Numbered from the whole stretch's first letter, positions 37,154 to 48,580 are shown. The stretch is 55,399 nt of DNA, filler included, from Sphacelaria rigidula (GCA_964200075.2; 5 parts of 5 records of this genome joined end to end with filler, not necessarily neighbours in it), one strand, 5' to 3'. Notes: a model not told the origin generated them from the sequence alone. Numbers and translations: made by a program.

Positions 37154-37251
37154 CGCTTAGACCGCGAGATTAGTCTTTCTGGATCATGCATACTTTTTTT
37201 TACTCGAAATTGATGCCGATTCAACAGGAGACTACCCTCGCGGTCGAAGGG
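37154..37251 (+). mobile_element. 98-bp TTAA-flanked mini-MITE (piggyBac-like), copy 1
   Basis: TTAA|CGCTTAGACCGCGAG...CTCGCGGTCGAAGGG|TTAA; homologous to 38709-38807 and 39409-39505. Confidence 0.8.
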
Positions 37252-37828
37252 TTAAAGACCAACGAGTGTTTAGATACTATTTCACAGAGCAAAAACCCGT
37301 GGATGCATGCCAATTGCGTACGACAAGTTATTCGTCCGTCTGTGCGGTTCGTCTGTGTGGGGCGTTCTTTTCGCTGTGCTTGTGCTTGTGCTTGCCATGC
37401 CGTGTGCTGCGCGCGCGATATGATGCACCGTCCCTCTTGTGCGGGGTGGATTGAAAACTGCATCATTGGTTGCGGGCGAAAGTACCCCAGTGGACAACAA
37501 CTCTGTTTGCAAACAGAGAAAGCCCGACGAAGTCATGACAACCGCCGTCAATCAATCCAGTAATTCCTCACCATTTTATCGTACCGCTCATGGTTAGGCC
37601 CACCGATTCCTTTCAGCTTCCACCGCCGTCCCGAGATGAGCGGTTTTCTCCGGCAAGTATGGCATTGAGTAAACACCGATTGTTCGTTCACGTACAACCA
37701 GGCGTGCTGCGCGTCGTGTTTCGTTGCGTTGGGTTGCAGCTGTTGCGTTGTGAGCGTCTAACATCCGTCAGTCATGTGTTTCAGTCACGCCCATTCAAAT
37801 TTCCCGACCTCTCTCCTACTACGACCAC

Positions 37829-38190
37829 TTTGTATGGCAGTCGTAAAAACAGATCTGCACGCAGATCAGGGGACCTCAGATCCGGAAGCGTAGTGTGTGG
37901 GCCCCAATTTGAACCAAATGGGGGAAGCTCAGAATCGTTTGTCACGATTTCAGAACGGTTTTACATGAACCTGAGCGCAGATCCGTGGAAAATCGAGGTC
38001 CCCCGAATCTGTGGCCTGTGGAGTACGTATGTTGACGTACAATGATACGGCAACAGGCGTTTGGTATTTTTGCAACAGCAGCAGACAGTCTCGTGACAGC
38101 ACAGACAGTGCCTGCAAGTGCCGGCTGCTAGAGGAGCTTCGCACGGGGTTTGACAAGCGGATTAGAAGTGTTGACGCCGTACCTGCGGTG
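37829..38190 (+). repeat. ~370-bp repeat, copy 1
   Basis: Aligns with 39742-40113 (AGATCAGGGGACCTCAGATCCGGAA; TGAGCGCAGATCCGTGGAAAATCGAGGTCCCCC; GGCAACAGGCGTTTGGTATTTTTGCAACA; CGCACGGGGTTTGACAAGCG). Confidence 0.88.
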
Positions 38191-38351
38191 ATGGCAATTT
38201 TTTACGCTGCACTGTACTGATGTATGTATATAGCGATAGTAGTTTCTGCACTGCACTGCACCGCACGTGTATTAATCTCACGTGAAGTACATTTGATTAC
38301 TTAGAGTTTGTATAGGCGGTGGTGCAGCCATTTCCCGATTTAGGGCCCCTC

Positions 38352-38492
38352 GGGTGGGGTACTAGAGACAAATACAAGAGAAAAAGCTGTTGTTTTGGTC
38401 TTCCTCCTGTGTGACCGCGGCTGATGCGCCAACATATATACACCGAAAGGTGCGGACTGGTGGCTAGAATAGATGGCATGACAGCACACACA
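38352..38492 (-). repeat. Repeat family A
   Basis: GGTCTTCCTCCTGTGTGACCGCGGCTG is the reverse complement of the family core. Confidence 0.78.
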
Positions 38493-38708
38493 GAGGGGAA
38501 GGGACCTCTGGAGAACTCTTCTCACGAATATAAGGGAAGGCAAGTACCGCAGAAGGAACGCGGACTTCGCAAAACAAAATTGAAACTCTGGCCTTGCTGT
38601 GTGAATGTCTCCTGTCCTGCCAGTACGTGTCTCTCTATCTTCAGTATGCAAAATAACGAAAATAAGAACATTGCCCAGTAGTAGTGGTGAGTCGCCCCGG
38701 TGGCTTAA

Positions 38709-38807
38709 TCCTCAGACCGCGACGGCAGTCTTATCTGGATCATGCGTACTTTTTTCAAGTGAAATTGATGCCGATTCAACAGATGACCTACTCTCGCTGT
38801 CTCAGGG
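38709..38807 (+). mobile_element. piggyBac-like mini-MITE, copy 2
   Basis: TTAA|TCCTCAGACCGCGA...CTGGATCATGC...GAAATTGATGCCGATTCAACAG...CTCAGGG|TCAA. Confidence 0.75.
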
Positions 38808-39408
38808 TCAATTCGTACCCTCGAATCCTTCTGACGGTTGGGTCGTTGGTTCAAATCTCGATGAAGTCACACGAACTGGAATTTCTGTCACACCTTACCC
38901 AACAGTGAAGAGCGACTATGTCGTGGGTATCCGCGATACAAGCTAAACATACGTCGTAGCTAAACAGATGCAGTAGTACCACGTATGCCGATACCCGATC
39001 TGTTTCGAAAAATGGAACAAGCACCACAACAGATTATTTTTACCTCACACAATCCCCGCTTACTCCTCCGGGCTTGCATCCCACTGTCCCAAGATGAGCG
39101 CGATTCTCTTTACTGTCGAGGGCGGTATTCACCAAACACCTGTTTTTTTTGTCACAAATCCATCGCCCCCCTCGCCGCTATCAGCGCTTGGAGGTGTGTC
39201 TCCTCACAACAGTCCTGATCGGCGCCCGCCTTCCTGCGTCCACATTATCGCTCATTCTCCTCTTCATGTGTCACCACGTATCGACACTACACACTTGGCT
39301 TCTGGGGTGGCGTGCTGTACCTAAAATATCCCTCTACGGCGGGCGAATGTGTACTGTATGTTCCATCATGTTTCATCATCGCTTCGGGTATGAGTACGCC
39401 ACTGTTGA

Positions 39409-39505
39409 CCCTTGGACCGCGAGGTTAGTCTTCTGTTGAATCGGCATCAATTTCAAGTGAAAAAAGTATGCATGATCCAGAAAGACTGATCTCGCGGTCT
39501 AAGGG
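39409..39505 (-). mobile_element. piggyBac-like mini-MITE, copy 3 (inverted)
   Basis: CCCTTGGACCGCGAG...CTGTTGAATCGGCATCAATTTC...GCATGATCCAG...CTCGCGGTCTAAGGG. Confidence 0.78.
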
Positions 39506-39741
39506 TTGTGTTCTCTCCCGTTTCCATCGGAAAGCGATTTTCAATAATACAAAAAAATGTGATGTTTGCAGCGTGTACGGATTTCGAAGCCTTGAATGAA
39601 CTTGACAAACTTTACCGTCTCTGCATATATGTGACCACAGCAGGCTTCCGCATCAGACCCCAGTGCGAATGTACCACGCAGATATCGGAACGGTTTTTAA
39701 CAACGACAACAACAACAACAACAAATATGTAGACCAAACAA

Positions 39742-40113
39742 TTTGTATGGCAGACGCGAAAACGGATCCGTACGGAGATCAGGGGACCTCAGATCCGGAA
39801 ACGCACTGTACGGACCGCAACTTTCGCAAAATCGGGGAAGTTCAGATTCGTTCGTCAAGATTTGAGAACGGTTTTACACGAATCTGAGCGCAGATCCGTG
39901 GAAAATCGAGGTCCCCCCAATCTGTAGCAACTGATGTACGCATGTTGACCTACAGACAGTGATGCCCGGGCAACAGGCGTTTGGTATTTTTGCAACATCA
40001 GCACCAGACAGTCTCGTGGCAGCACAGACGGTGCCTGCGAGCGCCGGCTGCTGCAGCAGCTCCGCACGGGGTTTGACAAGCGAATAAGAAGTGTTGACGT
40101 GTATCCTGCGGTG
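39742..40113 (+). repeat. ~370-bp repeat, copy 2
   Basis: Aligns with 37829-38190. Confidence 0.88.
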
Positions 40114-40260
40114 GATTTGTAGGATGTGTTCAGCGTAACGTTGGATAGCTAACACAGGAATGTAATGTTGGCTGTGTTCAGTGAGAGCGATGGCATGCTG
40201 AATGTATCTTGCCGTTATATCGAGCAAAAACAAACAGCACACACTCTGACTCTGCACTTA

Positions 40261-40907
40261 CGTAACCACTACGGAAGAAGAAAGTAGGCGTGACCGTTAG
40301 GGATGCTAAACGGAGGGGGGTGTTATCCCTCAAAAGGTGTCCGGGCTGTTCGACGATTCCTCACCGACCATATACCATTCTTTACAGAGGATCCTGAGAA
40401 ATAGGTTGAACCAAATTGAACATCAAAATGACTTTCAACTCCAATCAGTGCTTTGCTGACCTGAAGTAGTGACATATTACTTGAATATATGGACGATCTC
40501 ATCCCCTCCGATCTCTCTGAAAATATTTTGGGGGGTTTTTAGCCTTCCGTTCCCGCAGAGGGCATGTTGTGCGAAAACACACTTTTGCCTCGATTTTGGG
40601 GTGAAAAGGGAGACGCTTTTTCGCCCGATAATGGTTTGTTTGCACAGTCATACCCTGTCGGGGGACGGAAGCATCGAACCCCCCCATCAGGGTGATCCGG
40701 AGGGGGGGCTAGGTCGTTTATATGAAAGTCATATGTAATTAGTTTAGGTCGGGAAAGCATTCAACCCCATTTCTCAGGATCCTCCGAGAGTGGTCTGTGG
40801 GCGGTGACGTGTGGTCGAAAAGCCCGAACACTTTTCGGCGGCTAAAACCCCTCCGTTTAGCATCCCTAACGGCCAGACGCTTACTTTCTTCTTCTGTAGT
40901 GGTTACG
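40261..40907. mobile_element. 647-bp MITE with ~150-bp TIRs and TA flanks (Tc1/mariner-type, non-autonomous)
   Basis: TA|CGTAACCACTACGGAAGAAGAAAGT...CCGTTAGGGATGCTAAACGGAGGGG...GAGGATCCTGAGAAAT versus ATTTCTCAGGATCCTC...CCCCTCCGTTTAGCATCCCTAACGG...ACTTTCTTCTTCTGTAGTGGTTACG|TA. Confidence 0.88.
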
Positions 40908-41720
40908 TAGTTAGCTGCTTAGGTCTCCCGTTCCACGTTTTTTCCTCAGTTCCCTATATCTGTGCTTATTTTCCCTTTGCTTTGATTCAATTGAATCGGG
41001 GGGGAGAGATGAGTTGATCTCTTGAGACCACGGACTCATCCGGAGGAAGGGGTGGGTTCAAAGTGCAGCGAGAACATTGAGGGCGGCGAAGTGTAACTTT
41101 CCTCAGGGGGGCACGTCCCGCGATCAGCAAAACAAATCGGGAAAGTACTTCTTTCGCGGGGTTTCAAGGGTAAGCCTGTAAAACATTCGAAAAAAAGGTG
41201 AAATCCCGGGATGTGTCAGCTGCGATATCCCGTGATGTGTCAGCTGCGTGAAGGTGTATGTGGCGTCTGAATAGGGAGGGCGTGACTTCAACGCACGATT
41301 TCTCCGTGTCAAGGATGTATTACGCGTATCCAAATAAAGGAATAAACATGGCGTATGGTCGATAAAATGTCCGCGAACAGCCTGGACACTTTCCGGAGTT
41401 TAGCACCCCATCCGACTAGCACAATCTCTTGGGGTTGAAAGTCATTACCTGCTAATACTAATGAGTTGTGTTCAAGGTCGGGGCCGCTCTTTGTTCTCGG
41501 TCATTTTGGTTCAAAGCCCGCACGTGTGCCAGACCCGCGTGGTGTTGATACCTGCGGCACTGCTGCCACGCGCGTCAGCCGTGGCTTACCACTAGTATAT
41601 ATATATATATATTGACAATCATAAGACTGGTTTAGACAAGGGCCATTTCCTATGCGGTCTAAACCAATCATTACAAAATGCAAATATGTTTCCCTCTAGC
41701 CAAACTAATATAAAATATAC

Positions 41721-42715
41721 CTCCATATCGGTAACCCTCTTCTGCAATTTTCTCCGCTCCGCCTCAAGTCTGTCTCTTTGCTCCTGAGCAATGGCCAAGT
41801 CCGCCTTATATCGCACCTTAGCCTTCCCGCCCATCAACGCCGATTTGTCCTCGCCCTCTTTGGAACTAACTACCGCTGCGGTCAGCACCTCATTTTCCCC
41901 CTTCGTTTCTTCACACCTAGCCACTCCTACGTTCAGTGCTCCCTTTGCTTCTTTCAAATCTGCTTCTGCACGACGTCGCAGCGACTCCTCGATTAGCAGC
42001 CTCTCCCGGACTTCATCAGCCTCCTGACGAGCTTTGGCCAGAGCCTCCGCCGACGCTGACGCCTTGCCCGTACCTGATTCTTCCGCGGCGGTGTGCATCC
42101 TGTCTCGCGCTGCGATAGGTTGGCGCCGCTCGCCGAGCTCGCGAGAGCGCTCGGCAAGAGCTGCGCGACAGCCGTCGAGAGCAACCTGGGTGGTATCGCG
42201 CTCGGCGCATCTAGTTGCACCCTCGGACTGTGTACGTGTGGTGGAAAAAAAGGTGAGGGTGGAGGAGCGGAGGTATCTTTGAAAAACACGTTAATGGCGC
42301 GCGCAATGCTGACGGATACTTCTCCCTTCATTTCCTCAGTCCGGAACCGGGCATACCTGAGGAGGATCGATTAAAATCGCCCGATACAACAACAGGAGGA
42401 ACGGTTTGACTGACCAACGCCTGGATTTCGACTGGGGAGATAATTTTTCGAAGCTGTCATACAGTCATGCACGAACTTGTTCGAGGTCGGCCTTTTCCCA
42501 ACGCCTGTATACCACAGACACGAGTATTAACGCAAGGCACCTACAGTAGACACTCATTCAGCCCGTGTACATACCACCACTGCCGCCGAGGCTTTCCTCT
42601 CCTTCTCGAGCTCAGTCTCCGCCTCGCTCTTCAGTGCTTCTGCTGTGGCTAACCGAGCAGCTGCCTCTTCCGCCGCAGTCGACATGCGTCGCGAGGCTGT
42701 CCGAGCTTCCTCCAA
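41721..42715 (-). CDS. Coiled-coil protein of unknown function, two internal exons
   Basis: Phase-0 GT-AG exons 42715-42575 (LEEARTASRR...ETELEKERKASAAVV) and 42227-41721 (SEGATRC...ALAKARQEADEVRERLLIEESLRRRAEADLKE...EAERRKLQKRVTDME); rich in E/K/A/R with heptad-like character. Confidence 0.78.
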
Positions 42716-44039
42716 CTGTGTCCCGGAATTCCGCCCGCGACGAGAGGAAAAGGCAGAGTCACAGCAAGGCGAACGCATCAACCTCTTAAGAACAAAACCT
42801 TGTGATGACCCCGTGGGCGCCAGGGCCACCTGCGGTAAGACATTGCCAGCTCTCAGTCTCAGACATTTCTCTTGGAGGGGGATGTTATTGAGGTTGCCTG
42901 GGCTATATGGAAATCATAGCAAAACCAAGAAGTCTTGGATCGAGCTTTCACTCGCTATTAGTACAGGGCACGGATTGACCTCTGACGCCAAGGTCAGACG
43001 CCTCATCATCCGCAGACGCCCATAGCTGCGAAAGGACAAACTAAACATTTACAACAGGATATCCACATAGGAAACAGCCCCCCCGCCGTGTTCAGACCAG
43101 TTTCGTCCGACAGTAGCACGCTCCGGGTGAAGTGCGTCCCATTCTTCAGTGTATAAATATCGTCGGCTGCGATATGAAACTAGCCTTGTTCAAATGGTCG
43201 GTGTCATTGGTGCCAGTCCCCTATTAAGTACAGCACGTCATCCTTGTGTATAACTCCTAGCACGGTCGCGTCCTACACCATGGCATGCAAACTCGCAACA
43301 AAAAACTGTTGTACTGTCCTATTATGCAATATGCATGATGACGTCCACGTAAGCAAGCGCCTCACTCTCCGAGCTTGCAAAGCACCTCAAGCACCCTCTG
43401 TTTTGAACACGCTACGGCCTTTTGTTGAAGGTAAAATGAGTCACAGAGGCCCGTGCTGTGTTTCTCTCCACTTGCGGGACCATCAGCTAAACCAACAGTC
43501 AGTTTTGGGTTTAGACCGGACGTGTTTTTTCGTATTCAAACGAATGTTGCTGATGCCGCGAATCGTGCGGGTGAGTGAGCATCAATCCTCGCTTGCTGGT
43601 AGTAATCGTGGGTTCTGACGACGAGTACAGCACGGTGGTGCCAGACCACATATATCTCATAGTGCCCACACATGCTGTTGGTTGTGTCGTCTGTGGCATC
43701 TTCCGTGTAGATATAAAAGAAGCTGTTGACGGCATGCCCACGAAAAAACAAATATATCTTGAAAAAAAGAGGACGCATTGTCAAAGTAAAATCATGTTCG
43801 GCCCAGCTCACGACTTTCGGCATACGCGAGGATACCACAAGGCACCAAAGCACCACCACTAACACACAACAGCGCCACCTAGAGGTTATGCTCATTGCTG
43901 CTGTGTAGCGTGTGTACAGTAGCGCCTTGTTGCTGCGTGCTGCTGACGGTGGGTGTACACGCTGAGAAGACTACTCTATGAGGGTATACTATTCATTTGT
44001 TCGTGTTTCTAGTTGTCAGTGTTGACGTTCGTTGCACTT

Positions 44040-44301
44040 GTGTGCGTGTGTGTGTTGTTGTGTGTTGGCGTCCCATTTATTCTGGACGCCGGTCTACACC
44101 TCTCTGTATATGTGGACGCACCAGCCGGGGTCACACAAGAGGAAGGTCAACACAGGAGCTTTCTCTTTTACTTGTTTTTAGTACCCCACCTTCCTTCTGC
44201 GGTGCTTGCCTTGATTTCTGATTGCGAGAGGGGTTCAGCAGTCCCTTTCCCTCGTCGACCGTTAAGTCGAATTTTGCGTACTCATAAAATAGTCGCTCTC
44301 C
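44040..44301 (+). repeat. Repeat family A, best-preserved copy, runs to the contig end
   Basis: TG-rich head, CCAGCCGGGGTCACACAAGAGGAAGGTCAACACAG core, CCCTTTCCCTCGTCGACCG tail. Confidence 0.85.
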
Positions 44302-44401
44302 NNNNNNNNNNNNNNNNNNNNNNNNNNNNNNNNNNNNNNNNNNNNTTAATTAATTAANNNNNNNNNNNNNNNNNNNNNNNNNNNNNNNNNNNNNNNNNNN
44401 N
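44302..44401. other. Artificial contig-joining spacer
   Basis: Same N44-TTAATTAATTAA-N44 structure. Confidence 0.98.
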
Positions 44402-44466
44402 CGGCATTGTAGGGATGCGAGGTCAATGGTCTGATGACTATGGCATGCATGATCATGAGTACACCC
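44402..44466 (+). repeat. MITE family C, right end, at the contig start
   Basis: TTGTAGGGATGCGAGGTCAATGGTCTGATGACTATGGCATGCATGATCATGAGTACACCC. Confidence 0.9.
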
Positions 44467-45118
44467 ACCCCCCCCAGTTGCGGTTGGATCTGTTATTGCC
44501 GCAACACCGTCCTTGCTGGCATGTGTGCGACAGAGAACAGTAGCGGTGACGAGAACATTGCTCTGCTTTTCAACGACGTGTTCCGCAGCGCACAGAGGCG
44601 CGTGCTGTCCAAAACGAGAGGCAAAGAGGATCTAATCTTTGCGTCGGTCAGCGCCATAGACGACAAGAGATGACACCCCTCGGCAACTCGATGTTTTTTG
44701 AGGGGTTGTGCAGCGACATTATTCCGCCTGCCGGCACATGGGAAATTGGGTATATGCTGGAAACATGATGCCAATCTCTCGAGTGATTGGGAACCGCCCC
44801 ACGAGGACAAACCACGGACGTAAGAACGAGGAGCTTCCTCTCCGCCGTTGCTCCTCCGGTGATATCGTCATCGACACGCGTGTGGACCGCATTCGTTCGG
44901 TGCAACTATGCACACCTGCTAAATTGCTACAGGAATTTTGGAGTGGGAGATGATTTCCCTTGGTGTAACCGTTTGGCACCATTCCTGCAAAAACGTTATG
45001 TCGTTTTGAACCTCATTTTTGTGTTCAATCCCAGTTTTGAGAATCGATTGTTTATCCGTGTTCACACAATGGCATGGATAAGAATGCCACATGTACCCTC
45101 TCCTTTCCTGTCGGGCAG

Positions 45119-48100
45119 TGAAGAGTACAGCGGGTGTTTGGACGGATATCTGCACGGTCCTCTGGACGGCTCATTGAACGGACCCCTCACTAGCCGCGAT
45201 GAAGACGATGAAAACATTGGGCCCATCACAAATCGCAGCCTAGACGAAGTGGACGAACTACTACTGAAGAGGGGAAGACTTGGTCTCGCAGCAGGTGATG
45301 CTCTTGCCAGCCTCATCGCCCAACTCCGCGCTATATAGCAGCCAAACTCACGTATCGCCACCAAAAGCTCCCGACAGACACTGAAGAACTGTTGCTGGTG
45401 CCTAATGCTTAGCGGGAACGACTCGTACGATCAGGGACCGACGGAATGGCCACGGACCAAAATGCGGAACCGTCAGATGTGAACATGATGCCAATGCCAG
45501 GAGCTGATGACGGCGTTGAATCCGCACGAGGCACAGGCGCACAAGCGGCAAAGATCATACCAAAGCACCAGCCGGTGGGAAAGGAGCGTTCGGCGGAGGC
45601 CATAAACCCCAACGGCGTAACTGGTGGATCCAGTCAACCGACTACCTCAGGAGAAGGTACACATATTGCTCACAGCCGTAGCGGCGTGGAAAGCACGAGT
45701 CGCGAACCCGCTCTAAATCCCACTGATCCTCACGAATCAGGAGTCGTCACGGAGGGTGTCTCGTCTACACTCACGCCCACACGGCAACAACAACGTCGAA
45801 GGCGAGCTACGAAGGAATCCCCCTATATCAAATCGAAAGATTTCTTGTTAACGTATTCCCAGGCTATACTGTTCGGACTTGCCGGCGCCTCATGCCCAGG
45901 CTCCCCCCCGAAGCCACGCGCCAACACTACGGTATCCGGCGAATGCGAATACCCGGCGCAACCCGTACAACTGGAGAAGGTCTTGCAGGCAGCCCGCACG
46001 GCCCCTTGGCGTGCCGCTAACGCGGCTGCCGCAACGGATAGGTACCAACCGAATATGTTCGGGGGTGAAAGTCAAGGGAACAAAAGGGGGACGGAAGGGG
46101 GAAAGAGTCATCAAAATAGGATTTTCCCCCGCAAGTGCTGCTACTCGAAATCTCGGATGGAAGATCTGGCACGCCCCACGACCACTTCCATCGGGGTTTC
46201 TAATTTCAAATACGAAACTTCGGGTGCAGGGCGGCCTGGGAACGGTAGAACGGGGTTGAGGCAAGAGCCGGCGTTCACTTGGAAACGGAGTCGGAAAGCG
46301 GAGGCTGCAATGAGAAACCCAGGTGAATCAGAAACACCTACGAGCTGGTTCACGCTCATCAACCAAAATTGTGTCATCAGCAAATGCCTTTCGCAATACC
46401 TACCAAATAGTCGCATGCATGATATCATACTGACCACCATGAACAGCTGAAGAGCGTGACATAGCCGGATTTGTGTTTAGGGCCATTCTGATAGTGCTAA
46501 GGGCGAAAAGGTACTTCGACATCGCCCTTCAAATTGTTCTGAAATTGACAACACGAATTCCAAGCCCAATTTTCACCGGATCTCCACATGCTTTAAATCG
46601 TAGCAACCGACATCAGCTCGGGAATCTAACGGGGAAAACAGAACGGTTACAACGGGGTCGAGTTATATAGCCGAAACCGTGATTTTTCGGTGATGTGGAG
46701 CCTCGGTGTCTTCTCATTTCCACTAATGGTACGCACGAAACACCCAAAGAGCCTCGTGACGGTTTCTCTTTTATCTGGAGTAGATAAGCTCAAGTCATCC
46801 TCAAACTTGGCCGTTTCGTAGATAGTGATGCTCCAAATGAAAAAAAAATGTTGACAAGATTACAATTTATCTCCGTTCTCTACCGACTTTTGGGAGTCCC
46901 GGTATAAAGGCCCCCGGAAGGCGGTACAGAATGCCTGAAAAGAAGAGATAATATGATGCGTCCCGGAACCGTCCAAGGAAGATATGTACAAAGTTCTGTC
47001 GAGAAACTCGAAGACATCATAAAATTCTTCTTGCCTTGACGTAACATTCACTAAAAAACAAAAATACACCAAAACCAAGTAGTTAGAAGTTGCACGTTTC
47101 AAGCTCATGTCCTCGTAAAAACGCAAAAAAACTCCTGCCGTTTCAAGGTGTTAGGCCCTGGGTTTTTGCACAACTGTGCTATGGGTCATTTCGCGACCTG
47201 GGATGAATGAGTGTTTTTTACTTCAAAACTGGGCCCCCCGAAAAACGGTGAAAACGACCAGAAAGTAATGAAAACAAACTCGACCTTCGAATGTATCGTA
47301 ATGGCCCATAGAATATGTGTGCAAAATTTCAGGGTCTAACTCCTCGAAACGGCGTGAGGTTTTGCCGATGAGCGTGTTTTGGGGTGATGAGCATGAACCC
47401 ACTGGTGATATGTGATGAGGGTTGTGTCATGAAGCTAGGAGGCGCCTATGATCAAACCTGGGATTCTATAAGTTGCGGGTCTGATTGAGCTTGACTAGGC
47501 CGGATGTGAGACTGATAAACAACTGCTGAGTTGTTTCTGGATACAGACCAGCGGGTACGAGGAGTGTGCATCTTGGATGGATAATTCAGCGCCCAGCTGA
47601 TCAACTGTATATCAACTGTGTCGCTTCAAGAACACGTACGTAATGGTCGCTATTGGATACTGGATGACGTGGAATTATACTGTCCGAGGATGGAGATCAG
47701 TACGTAATTGAAGCTTGAAGTAACTTTGTGAAATACAAGATTCTGAGTAATGACTTTGTGTAAAGACATATCTTTGGGGTCGGATGGCAAGTCCCTCCAG
47801 GAGCCCCCCCCGTCCCACTCTGGAGACGACGACAGAGTGGGACGGGGTGTACTCATGATCATGCATGCTATGGTCTTATGACTATGGCATGCATGATCAT
47901 GAGTACACCCCGCCCCACTCTGTCGCCGTCTCCCTGGATTTCAACAGTACAGCAGAGGTGCATTAAACACCTCTTCCAGCGTCTGATACGTCTACTGCCC
48001 ATCCAGCTGTGTCGTCTTCGGTGACCGAGTCCTCAGGAACAAGACTTTTAGTAACTTCATGAGTGTAGTCTATCCCTTCGATTGACTCTGCTTCTACATT

Positions 48101-48580
48101 TTCATGAGCATTGGTAGATAACACCCTCCTATAGCAGACACGACTCGCAAGCATACAACAAGAGAAGACTTGATCCTGGGAGAATATCACTCTTCTGTCT
48201 TTGAGCAGCTAGGGTGAGAACCTCCCGACTTTACACTCGTAGTTAGAGCCTAGATCGCAATCCTGATTCTAATAAAAGGGTACCTCGAGGTATCCCAAAA
48301 TGAACCGAGGCCGAGTTAATCTGTGAAACCCAAACATACAATACACATGCGACTGGCTAACTGCCAATTACGACAATATCAGACAGCAGTACATCGTGGC
48401 GTTGCTTTCCGTGTATCCAGCGTGCGGGTACGATTTCGTTGCGGAAGCCGGGGCACCACGAGACGACAAGAGTTTCTTGGCGAGGGCGGAAGCATACTCG
48501 TCGCACAGCAGGAGTAAGATGGAGACCCGGCGGGCGGAGGAGGGATATGACGCACGAATTGATAAGCTACAGTGTCGAAG
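45119..48580 (+). CDS. Hypothetical protein, partial: long low-complexity region followed by an ordered-looking C-terminal block
   Basis: Phase-consistent exons 45119-45294, 45435-46322 and 48421-48580. Spliced read: EPAFTWKRSRKAEAAMRNP-ACGYDFVAEAG...FLARAEAYS...YDARIDKLQCR. The start (ATG 45069, or an upstream exon from ATG 44521) and the downstream exons are unresolved. Confidence 0.7.
46436..47405 (+). mobile_element. ~1-kb dispersed element, family B, copy 2 (intronic)
   Basis: Colinear with 11597-12640, including the subterminal inverted repeat (~47148-47172 / ~47316-47343). Confidence 0.8.
47822..47933. repeat. 112-nt palindrome: two family C right ends plus inverted flanks
   Basis: GGAGACGACGACAGAGTGGGAC-GGGGTGTACTCATGATCATGCATGC...GCATGCATGATCATGAGTACACCCC-GCCCCACTCTGTCGCCGTCTCC. 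Confidence 0.92.

Noticed and set aside
38316..38352. AG|GCGGTGGTGCA as the missing MVK exon
   Set aside because: It would encode GGGAAISRF, lacking the conserved GGGGC, and it abuts a family A repeat.
45336..45412. In-frame TAG codons suggesting readthrough or a variant genetic code
   Set aside because: Both fall inside a plausible intron, 45295-45434 (GT...CTAAT...CAG), which restores the frame.
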